Source: Cuniculiplasma divulgatum
Lineage (GTDB): Archaea > Thermoplasmatota > Thermoplasmata > Thermoplasmatales > Thermoplasmataceae
Assembly: GCF_900083515.1 (NCBI RefSeq)
Contig: NZ_LT671858.1
Coordinates: 1,440,001-1,472,000, forward strand
DNA: 32,000 nt
Direction: 5' to 3'
Under the pieces are notes generated by a model. The model worked only from the letters and a program-made list of their open reading frames with translations, had not been told where the DNA came from and did no database searches. Of the stretch, positions 17,348-29,765 are shown one piece after another. How positions within the stretch are numbered: position 1 is the stretch's first letter; every line of letters starts with the position of its first letter. Position numbers and translations under genes: made by a program.

Positions 17348-18146
17348 GATGTTTACCAATATTCTTGGTGGAAACCATGAAATTGTTAAGATCAGAAGTA
17401 AGGGAGACATGGATAGGGAGAGACCGCTAAAGGAGATTGGTGGACAGGGTCTTTTTGTTAACGAAATAAACAGGATGGTGCTAAATGGGGATCTGGACTG
17501 TGCGGTGCACAGTGGAAAGGATTTGCCAACAATTTTGAACAAAGAGCTTGAAGTTGTTTCTGTTTTTGACTGGAAAAACTACCATGACGTGATAGTTTTT
17601 AGGGGAGATTTGGAAGGGACTGGAAGGATGAAAATTGGAACCTCGTCACCCAGAAGAGAAGAACAGATTCGAAAACATGCTAAGAACTGGGATGTATTCG
17701 GACTTAGGGGTAACATTGATACAAGGTTAAATAAGCTGGATAATGGGAATTACGATGGGATAGTATTATCAGAGGCCGCAATGGTAAGAATGTATCCCAG
17801 TAGAGATTATGAGATTCTTGATGAGAGTATTTTTGTTCCTGCTCCAGGTCAGGGCATAATAGCTGTAATAGCAAGGAAGGATTCCCCTAATTATGATGAT
17901 ATAAAGATCACAGAAGATCCAACTGCCAGAAAGAGATGGGATGTTGAACGAAGGATATCGGGCATTTTTAACATGGGCTGCTCAGTGCCAAATGGAATTC
18001 TGTATAATCCTGAGACTGAATTTCTCTATATGGATATAAATATCAGGGAAAATGTGATTTCCATCAGGATTAAGGTCAGAACTTTACAGGAGGCTGAAAT
18101 GGTCGCCAGAAATGTAAAAGAGATAATGAATTATGGTGATTATTAG
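17301..18146 (+). CDS. hemC: Porphobilinogen deaminase (hydroxymethylbilane synthase)
   Basis: 281 aa. MKIGTRESRLALIQTE, GTSSPRR..Q, RGNIDTRL.KL, and the dipyrromethane Cys context MGCSVPNG. Confidence 0.9.
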   Translation: MKIGTRESRLALIQTEMFTNILGGNHEIVKIRSKGDMDRERPLKEIGGQGLFVNEINRMVLNGDLDCAVHSGKDLPTILNKELEVVSVFDWKNYHDVIVFRGDLEGTGRMKIGTSSPRREEQIRKHAKNWDVFGLRGNIDTRLNKLDNGNYDGIVLSEAAMVRMYPSRDYEILDESIFVPAPGQGIIAVIARKDSPNYDDIKITEDPTARKRWDVERRISGIFNMGCSVPNGILYNPETEFLYMDINIRENVISIRIKVRTLQEAEMVARNVKEIMNYGDY

Positions 18147-18807
18147 CTTTAGACCAGAAGAAAAATTCAAAGATGTTGAAATAAGGGGAAAAGATGTTCT
18201 GAATATACCTTTAGTAAGGATCTTAAAACTTGATAATGTAAAATCTCCGGATCTTGAAATGTTTGATGGTATTGCCTTCACCAGTTCCACAGGAGTCAGA
18301 TATTTTTTCAGTATATACAGTGGAATCGATGAAAAGATTATGATATTCTCCATTGGTGATTCCACTGCAAGAGAATTGAGAAAATATGTCAACAAGCCAC
18401 TGGTATGCAGTGATTCCTATTCTGGAGGCTTTGCATCTTTTATAGCGGATTATAAGCCAAAAAGGGTACTGATTCCTAGAGGCATGACCCATTCCAGTGT
18501 GCTCAATGAAGATCTAAGGAAGGCAGGAATTTACAGTGAAAACTTCTATCTTTACAAATATGAGAATATCGATCAGAGAGATAACATAGCCAGGGCAGTA
18601 AAGAATAAACAAATAGCCCTGATATTCACTTCACCGCTCGAGGTCAAATTATTCAATCAGTATACTGGTGGTAGATATTTAGATAATCCTGCCTATCCTA
18701 TTGGAAAGACAACTTTTTCAACCCTAAAAGAAGCAGGCTTCGTGAATATAAGATTTGATGGAAAGAAATCATTCAGTGAACTTATAGATTTCATAAATTC
18801 GCAATAG
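18133..18807 (+). CDS. hemD: Uroporphyrinogen-III synthase
   Basis: 224 aa. Weakly conserved family, but FTSSTGV / IFTSPLEV duplicated half-domain motifs are present. Immediately follows hemC with a 14-nt overlap. Confidence 0.7.
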   Translation: MVIISFRPEEKFKDVEIRGKDVLNIPLVRILKLDNVKSPDLEMFDGIAFTSSTGVRYFFSIYSGIDEKIMIFSIGDSTARELRKYVNKPLVCSDSYSGGFASFIADYKPKRVLIPRGMTHSSVLNEDLRKAGIYSENFYLYKYENIDQRDNIARAVKNKQIALIFTSPLEVKLFNQYTGGRYLDNPAYPIGKTTFSTLKEAGFVNIRFDGKKSFSELIDFINSQ

Positions 18808-18879
18808 CGGGGAATGGATTTGAACCATCGATCTACGGGTTATGAGCCCGTCGGGATTTCCTAACTACCCCACCCCGCT
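18805..18879 (-). tRNA. Initiator tRNA-Met (anticodon CAT)
   Basis: The reverse complement folds as a cloverleaf: AGCGGGG-TG-GGGT...CCC-G-ACGGG-CTCATAA-CCCGT-AGATC-GATGG-TTCAAAT-CCATT-CCCCGCT-A. It has an A1:U72 pair and three G:C pairs closing the anticodon stem, both archaeal/eukaryal initiator hallmarks. CCA is not encoded. The 3' end overlaps the hemD stop codon (convergent). Confidence 0.9.
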
Positions 18880-18902
18880 GTTATACCGTATTTGTTATTT
18901 GG

Positions 18903-18910
18903 ATATATAT
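18903..18910 (-). promoter_or_regulatory. Candidate TATA box for initiator tRNA-Met
   Basis: Minus strand ATATATAT(CC) lies ~24-31 nt upstream of the mature tRNA 5' end. Confidence 0.45.
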
Positions 18911-18959
18911 GTTATTAATGTGATCCTGCCTATTTTATGCTGTATTCAATGAGTACACC

Positions 18960-18987
18960 AAAAATCATGATTTGAAATTTGTAAAAA
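18960..18987 (-). terminator. Two oligo-T tracts (T5, T5) downstream of the KH-protein gene; candidate archaeal terminator
   Basis: Minus strand reads ...TAA-TCTCATTTTTACAAATTTCAAATCATGATTTTTGG directly after the last gene of the long minus-strand block. Confidence 0.35.
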
Positions 18988-18992
18988 TGAGA

Positions 18993-19571
18993 TTATCTGA
19001 AAGATTCTGCGATCCTTTCTGCCTTAAGTTCCTTTGCCTTGGATTCAAGGTAGGTGTAAACTGTTCTCTGCTTCTTTCCCTCGATTATCATCTGAAGTGC
19101 CTGCAGTGCATATCTCATTGAAATGTAATCTCCTATGAGAGATACAGTATCACCATAAACGCACACGAAGCAGTCTGTGATATCTTCAACTATTTGCCTT
19201 GTTTTCCCCTGCCTGCCTATAATTCTTCCCTTTATTTCATTGATCCTGTTTGATCCTTTTCTTGCAAATTCCCTGAGAGAAATTACCACAAGCTGAAATC
19301 CATCGCTATAAAGATAGAACGCCCTTTCGGGACTGAAACCTCTTCCTATGGCCTTCACTACCTCAGCTGTTGCGTTTACCTTCAGTGGATCTGTACTTTC
19401 CTTTGCAGTTACCAGAATATCTCCATCCGTAGAGTCTATGTCAAGAATGCATCCCGACATTTCCTCTATATCTTTCTTCGTTTTTCCTTCCCTACCAACC
19501 AGAGCACCTATCCTGTCTCTTGGTATTCTTATACTGATTGAATTTTCTATGTGATCGCTTTCCTCACTCAT
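18993..19571 (-). CDS. Two-KH-domain RNA-binding protein (archaeal Dim2/Pno1-like)
   Basis: 192 aa. KH GxxG-type motifs IGALVGREGKTKKDIEE and GRIIGRQGKTRQIVED. Sits in the conserved neighbourhood with Rio kinase and aIF-1A. Confidence 0.8.
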   Translation of the reverse strand: MSEESDHIENSISIRIPRDRIGALVGREGKTKKDIEEMSGCILDIDSTDGDILVTAKESTDPLKVNATAEVVKAIGRGFSPERAFYLYSDGFQLVVISLREFARKGSNRINEIKGRIIGRQGKTRQIVEDITDCFVCVYGDTVSLIGDYISMRYALQALQMIIEGKKQRTVYTYLESKAKELKAERIAESFR

Positions 19572-20322
19572 CTATTTCACCTGGAAATACTGGCTCATCT
19601 AAATTAAATTCCAAGCCATTTCTCTTTGCAAATGCCTTCATATTATTCATATCCCTCACAAGAAAGTCCTTTGCCTTTGGATGCTTATATGAAACAGCCT
19701 GACCCATATCAATAATATAGGATTTCTTTCGGTAACAGAGTACATTGTATTCACTGAAATCAGCATGGATAATTTTTGCCTTTTCTACCATCTTCGTGTA
19801 TTCGTTCATTGATGCGTTAAAATATAACTGCATATCCTGCTCGTTCACATCCTTTAACTTCTTTGCCGGAGACCTCCTGTCACCGATGTAACTCATGAGG
19901 ATTATGTTCTTTTCCACTGCCATGGGTTCTGGTGTTCGTATACCAAATTTTCTGCACTCCAGAAGATTGGCATATTCCTTCCTTGCCCAGACGAATATAA
20001 GTGATCCCCTTGATTTTCTCTGCTTTGCAAATCTTGGGTCTCCATCTATATAGTCATTTATATGCTGAAATCTCAGTGTTGATGTTTTAAATATCTTCAT
20101 CACAATACCCTTCTTCTCTCCTTCAACCTTGAATACCAGAGATTCCTTCCCCGATGATATGGGATAGTCAACATATTTTATATTGAACTGCTTGAAGAGG
20201 GTATATATGTTGTCAAGGGTTCTTTTGTCAAAAACAAGACCTTCGGTCTTTTCGTCTATGAACTCATTGAAATTGAATTCGTCCCTGTCAATGAGCTGTT
20301 TCAGTGCGCTTTTATCTTCCAT
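19564..20322 (-). CDS. rio1: RIO-type serine/threonine protein kinase (Rio1-like)
   Basis: 252 aa. SSGKESLVFK (P-loop-like), catalytic IIHADFSEYNVL, metal-binding IIDMGQAV. No N-terminal wHTH, so Rio1-type rather than Rio2-type. Confidence 0.88.
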   Translation of the reverse strand: MEDKSALKQLIDRDEFNFNEFIDEKTEGLVFDKRTLDNIYTLFKQFNIKYVDYPISSGKESLVFKVEGEKKGIVMKIFKTSTLRFQHINDYIDGDPRFAKQRKSRGSLIFVWARKEYANLLECRKFGIRTPEPMAVEKNIILMSYIGDRRSPAKKLKDVNEQDMQLYFNASMNEYTKMVEKAKIIHADFSEYNVLCYRKKSYIIDMGQAVSYKHPKAKDFLVRDMNNMKAFAKRNGLEFNLDEPVFPGEIDE

Positions 20323-20330
20323 CTCTTGCT

Positions 20331-20660
20331 CTATTTGAATATGTTAATAAGTTCTGGCAGTGCAGAATTTCTGCTCAGATAATTTGCCTGTGTTTGAGTA
20401 TACCTGTAAACAATATCAGCCTTCTCTGTCTGGAACTGCCATGGCTTTACGATTACCAGATCGTTTTCCCTTATCCACATCCTCTTCTTCATCTTGCCGG
20501 GTATCCTGGCCGTTCTTGTGTAGCCATCCTCACACATAACTGAAAGATGGGACCCACCTGATAGCTTTTCAACTATACCATAGAGTTCACCCTTTCTCTT
20601 GTTTGGAACTATTACTCTCGTAAAATTTTCTTCATTATCGTCATTATTCTTATACGGCAT
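20331..20660 (-). CDS. eif1a: Translation initiation factor aIF-1A
   Basis: 109 aa. S1-like OB fold: GELYGIVEK.LGG....V.C.DG..R.ARIPGKMKKRMWIRE.D.VIV.PW. Confidence 0.92.
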   Translation of the reverse strand: MPYKNNDDNEENFTRVIVPNKRKGELYGIVEKLSGGSHLSVMCEDGYTRTARIPGKMKKRMWIRENDLVIVKPWQFQTEKADIVYRYTQTQANYLSRNSALPELINIFK

Positions 20661-20757
20661 TATAACCTCTCATGTTGTAGTATGTCATACGATTTCCGTA
20701 TATTTACTTTTATAACCGAAGTTTTTCTTCTAAAACTAAAAATATGGGTAAAAAGGA

Positions 20758-21201
20758 TCAGGCAGGCTGCTTAATCCCAAAATTCCTTATTTCGTAAAAC
20801 CTTGATGCAACTTCCTTCATGAGTTTTACGTTTCTACCCTCTTTGCCAATGGCCTTTCCAACCTCAGATAATTCCACACCGACCTGAACGTCAACCTGAC
20901 CCTGTTTCCATGAAATGTCGATCTCCTTAACCCCGTATCTGAAATACAGATTCTTGATAAATGTGAGAAGGTCTTTGGAATACTCGGCAACCAGAATGTG
21001 TTTGTTTATCTTTTCCCTGAGGTTTTGAATGACATTTTGATTTCTTTTGAACATTTCTGCCATTCTTCTTTCCCCCACGATAAACACCACCATGTCTTCG
21101 TTCTCCATGCATTCTTCTGGCTGTACTCCTCTGGCAACCTTTTCAAAAAGTGCCCTGTATTCCATTATCCTGTTGTCAATAACTATTCCTTTCGAAGCCA
21201 A
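20758..21201 (-). CDS. nusA: Archaeal NusA-like transcription termination/antitermination protein (two KH domains)
   Basis: 147 aa. ..Y.ALFE.......EC......VVF.V, GKAIGKEGRNVK. The ORF-track start is TTG, 2 nt after the rpoA'' stop. Confidence 0.85.
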   Translation of the reverse strand: MASKGIVIDNRIMEYRALFEKVARGVQPEECMENEDMVVFIVGERRMAEMFKRNQNVIQNLREKINKHILVAEYSKDLLTFIKNLYFRYGVKEIDISWKQGQVDVQVGVELSEVGKAIGKEGRNVKLMKEVASRFYEIRNFGIKQPA

Positions 21202-21203
21202 GT

Positions 21204-25488
<4,285 letters not shown>

Positions 25489-25492
<4 letters not shown>

Positions 25493-28400
25493 TTCAGATC
25501 ACCCAGTATTAATCTCATCATTACACCCATTGACATCAGTTCATCTCTCATCAACTTGAATGCATAGCTTGTTTCAACTGGATGTATATTTCCAGTATTT
25601 CCACAAACCGGGCATCTCAAAGTACCTTTTCTCCTATCCATAATTGCAATATGACCGCATGACTGGTTACCGCACACATACAGTATTGTGCCATCACTCT
25701 GATCAAGAAGTCTGTCCTTTATAACCATGGCAGCTCCGTGTGCGATTAAGGTATCTCTCTCCATTTCACCAAATCTCAGTCCTCCCTGTCTTGACCTACC
25801 TTCTGTTGGCTGCCTGGTGAGTATCTGAACCGGTCCCCTTGATCTTGCATGGAATTTACCTGCAACCATATGATGAAGTTTCTGGTAATATATTACTCCA
25901 GTGAATATCTGTGCTTCCAGTCTCTTTCCAGTTATTCCGTCATACATTGTTTCAGTACAGTCATAGGTAAGACCATATTTCAGAAGCTCTTCTCTTAGGG
26001 ACTGTTCCGGTTCCCCCTTGAATATTGTACCATCTACAGTACTTCCCCTCATTGAGGCAACCTTTCCCCCAATCATTTCCAGTATATGACCAATGGTCAT
26101 TCTTGAAGGAATTGCATGTGGATTTATGAGAATATCAGGGATAATTCCTGATTCTGTGAATGGCATATCCTCCTGGGCAATAAGTGCCCCGATTACACCC
26201 TTTTGCCCGTGCCTGGATGCAAATTTGTCTCCAAGCTCTGGAATCCTGTCACTTCTCACCTTAATCTTAACGATTTTACTGTTGCTTTCTGATACAGTTA
26301 GTATAACATTATCCACATATCCGTTTTCGTTTGGCCTCATTGTTATGGATGATTCTCTCCTCTTTTGTGGACCCAGCCTCTCATTTCCCTCTTCAAGGAA
26401 TCTTGGTGGTGATGTCTTTCCAACAAGTACATCAGAACCTTCAACATAGGCTTCAGGATTTATAATACCATCCTGATCAAGATTCATGTAGAAGTTTTCC
26501 ATTCTAGCTCCCATTACGTCATGTGTTGGAATTTCAAATCGATCCTCCTGTCCTCCAGGGTATCTTCTTTCTTCGGCAGTATATGTTCTGAAGAAGTTAC
26601 TTCTTCCAAGACCCCTCTCTACAGCAGATTTATTGAAAACAATAGCATCCTGGATATTGTATCCCTGGTATGATACTATGGCAACCACAAAATTCTGTCC
26701 TGCTGGTCTTTTATCATAATGCACATAATCCATTACCTGTGTCTTCACCATTGGGATTTGAGGATAATGCATGAAATGTCCTCTTGTATCTGTTCTTGTC
26801 CTGAAGTTTGTTGCTGATAAGCCGATACTCTGTTTAGTCATCGCAGATGCCATGGTGACTCTTGGTGATGAATTGTGCTCAGGATATGGTATCATTGATG
26901 CGGTGACTCCAAGAATCATTGATGGATCAATTTCAAGATGGGTGTGTTCCTTTGACAGTAAGGTTTTTCCATCAAATTCCTTACCACATTTCTGGCACAT
27001 CAATTTTATCTTTGACTCTCCCTGATTGACCCATTCTACAATACCTCTGTAAAGAAGAGTGTCGCATCTTGGACATCTTTCCGGGAAGTCATAGGCATAT
27101 AATGAAATATAAAGATTTTCTTCCTCTTCAGCATCAATCCATTCAATAGCCCCTATGGATGTAAGGTCCTTTAGTTCCATATCACCCAATCTTAACTTTT
27201 CAAGAGTTTCTCTTGATATGTTCGGTTTACCATCTTCAACTACAATTAATGGCCTTCTAATTCTTCCCCTATCACAGTTTATAATTACCTCGTTTGTAGA
27301 ATCATCATATCTTACATTAACCTCTGATGATAGTTCCCCCTTTCTTCTGGTCTTCCTGATGGTATTTGTTAGTCCAATTGGATCTTCATGGTACCCAACC
27401 AGATCGCCGTTGATATATACTCTCCCCATGCTTCCTTCTTCCTTTGTTGGTTCCCTGATTCCGTTAGCATTCAGGAATTCCACTATGTCAAGGGGTTCTG
27501 CTCCTTCTGATATATTCATCAAAAGGGCACCATTTTTCACCAGACCACAATTCTGTCCTTCAGGTGTTTCGTTAGGACATATTCTACCCCATTGAGTTGG
27601 GTGAAGATCTCTTGCTTCAAAATGTGGCTGTGATCTCGTTAATGGAGAAATAATCCTTCTCAGATGACTCAGCGTGCTAACATTTGAAACACGATCTAAA
27701 AGCTGGGATACACCGGTTTTTCCACCTATCCAGTTTCCTGTAGACATGGCGTGGAGTATTTTTTGTGTTAAAAGATCCTGCCTTATGGCTGGTTTGATTC
27801 TCAAACCTTTCTTTCTGTTATATGTCTTTTCAAGCTGATATTTCAAATCTTTAACAACGGACTGAAAAGCGTTTCTGAAAAGTTCGTCCATAAGGTCCCC
27901 TGCCAGTTTTACCCTCTTGTTTGATAAATGATCCTTGTCATCCTCTTTCCTAATTCCAAGATTAAGTTCTAGCAATGATCTTGCCATTCTACCTAGGTAA
28001 AGCGCTTTTTTGAATCTATCCTCAATCTTGTCACCAAGATGTGGGAGGAGTGATTTGTCTATAATCTGTGAAATTTTCTTCTCCCTGAAGTCTTTTGCCT
28101 GACCTGCAGCAAATCTCTTTTCCAAATAGTTAATAGCATCTTCTGTAAAAACAACACCATTTGGTGGGTGAATCTTTGGGTCTCTGGCGGCTTCAAGATT
28201 ATAATAAATAATTGGGTTCATTCCACTTATTGAAAATATTGCATCATGAATTTCGTTATCCTTTTCCATACCCAGAGCCTTCATCAGAATAACAAGAGGT
28301 ATTGAACCAGGTACGCTTGGTATAGAAACATTGATATCACCGTCTCTACTCTTTTCCAGAGCAGTCATGGCTCTGTATCCTCCAGCCTGAGAGAATACCT

Positions 28401-29091
28401 TGGCAATCTCAACCTGTGTTTCATACTTCTCTTCCTTTTCAACGAGAATCTTATTTGGTGCAAGATCCTCCAGTGATACAATGACTCTTTCACTTCCGCC
28501 TATAATAAAATATCCCCCTGAATCAGTTGGATCTTCACCCACATACTGTAATTTCTGTTTTCTGGTTCCATTGATTGGGGCATTATTTTTCTCCCCATTT
28601 GTTTTTTCAATGTACCTGTCTAGATTTGATCCGTACAGTGTGCATACTTTAGTTCTAACCATCACTGGCATTTCGCCGATCTTAATGGTTTCGGGTTCTC
28701 TTTCTATGCCGTCTTCGGATACCCTGAGTTTAAGACTAATAGGTGCAGTATAATTTAAATCTCTTATCCTTGCTTCCTGGGGCGTTATTTGATTTATTGC
28801 ACCAGATGCTTCCTTAATTTCTGGCATATCAACCCTTATGGTTGTATCTCCTACGAACCTGCCTCTCTCCTTCTGTCTTCCAAAGTATATTTTTATTTCT
28901 TTTCCTGCTGTTTTTGTCTTGTCGAGTGTAATAACTCCAGGTTCATCATCATCTGACAGCTTAGTTTCGTCCACTATTTTCTGCATTAAACTGTCTGGAT
29001 TATCTGGGGTTGCAACAAATGCATTCATTGAGTCAATCTGGTGATTTACAATACTTTCATTCTTAAAAAACGATTCAACAATTTCTTTCAT
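25489..29091 (-). CDS. rpoB: DNA-directed RNA polymerase subunit B (unsplit Rpo2)
   Basis: 1200 aa. [25 protein letters not shown]-type [48 protein letters not shown]...[11 protein letters not shown], and a C-terminal Zn ribbon C..SCGH...........CPVCG. Overlaps the rpoH stop by 4 nt. Confidence 0.97.
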
Positions 29092-29351
29092 TTTAAAACC
29101 TCACTGGTTGTGACCCTGTAGTATTCTGTAATTCCTACATTAGGGTTCTTTCTAACAATCTTAATTATTCTATTAGGTCCAATATCCCCATGAATCTCCA
29201 TTAGTGCTTTAATAGCAGGGTCTGTGACGTTAATATGGGGCAACATTCCTTTCTCTGTATGTAGCTTCTTTAAAATAGCAGCCTCATCCTTTTCCTCTAC
29301 CAAATAATGTTCTGGGACCAATTCGTGGTGCAACACGTTAAATTTACTCAT
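29088..29351 (-). CDS. rpoH: DNA-directed RNA polymerase subunit H (Rpo5, Rpb5 C-terminal domain homologue)
   Basis: Rpb5-like [15 protein letters not shown].......IL.......LP.I...DPA. I place the start at ATG 29351. The ORF-track start at 29375 would run into the tRNA-Lys gene. A GAGG SD-like element lies 7 nt upstream of ATG 29351. Confidence 0.88.
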   Translation of the reverse strand: MSKFNVLHHELVPEHYLVEEKDEAAILKKLHTEKGMLPHINVTDPAIKALMEIHGDIGPNRIIKIVRKNPNVGITEYYRVTTSEVLK

Positions 29352-29366
29352 TTTTATCCCTCTTAA

Positions 29367-29440
29367 CGGGCCCAAGGGGGTTCGAACCCCTGACCCTCTG
29401 GTTAAAAGCCAGATGCTCTACCTAGCTGAGCTATGGGCCC
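29367..29440 (-). tRNA. tRNA-Lys (anticodon TTT)
   Basis: The reverse complement is GGGCCCA-TA-GCTC-AGCTAGGTA-GAGC-A-TCTGG-CTTTTAA-CCAGA-GGGTC-AGGGG-TTCGAAC-CCCCT-TGGGCCC-G, a perfect cloverleaf. No CCA is encoded and there is no intron. Confidence 0.93.
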
Positions 29441-29473
29441 TTAATTTTGCCGGCGATGTGAATAACTTTTTCC

Positions 29474-29481
29474 AATATAAA
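29474..29481 (-). promoter_or_regulatory. Candidate TATA box (TTTATATT) upstream of tRNA-Lys and, by inference, of the rpoH-B-A'-A'' operon
   Basis: The minus-strand TTTATATT 3' edge is ~33 nt upstream of the mature tRNA 5' end. A second TATA-like element, TTATAAAG, lies ~12 nt further upstream. Confidence 0.35.
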
Positions 29482-29765
29482 CATTCTTTATAATTGGCAA
29501 TATTCTGCACGTGAAAACCCATAGAATCCCTAAAGTACTGCATGCTGACTTTAAACCTTTTTAGATACAGAGTATCATTACCTTTTAGCATAAAAGCTTA
29601 ACTAATAAGCCTGCTCTTCTGGGAGAAAAGTGATTGATCTACCATTTTATTCCGTTCGCAGGAATCATGACAAACCAGTAAATTGATGAATATAGGCTTA
29701 TGCAAACTCTATTGCCCTGAATCTAAGATTAGTAAATTTATTTTACCATTTCCTTATGCCAGATA

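Noticed and set aside
29352-29375. The longer rpoH ORF start at 29375 given in the ORF track (MGPLRGIK...).
   Set aside because: Those 8 extra codons are the reverse complement of the tRNA-Lys acceptor/T-arm sequence. The internal ATG at 29351 has an SD-like GAGG and gives a normal Rpb5-like N-terminus.
29684-29720. A C/D-box sRNA-like pair, TGATGA ... CTGA, in the tRNA-Lys/M13 intergenic region.
   Set aside because: The spacing is only ~27 nt. There are no D'/C' boxes at the expected 12-nt guide distance and no terminal stem complementarity. This is most likely a chance occurrence in AT-rich DNA.
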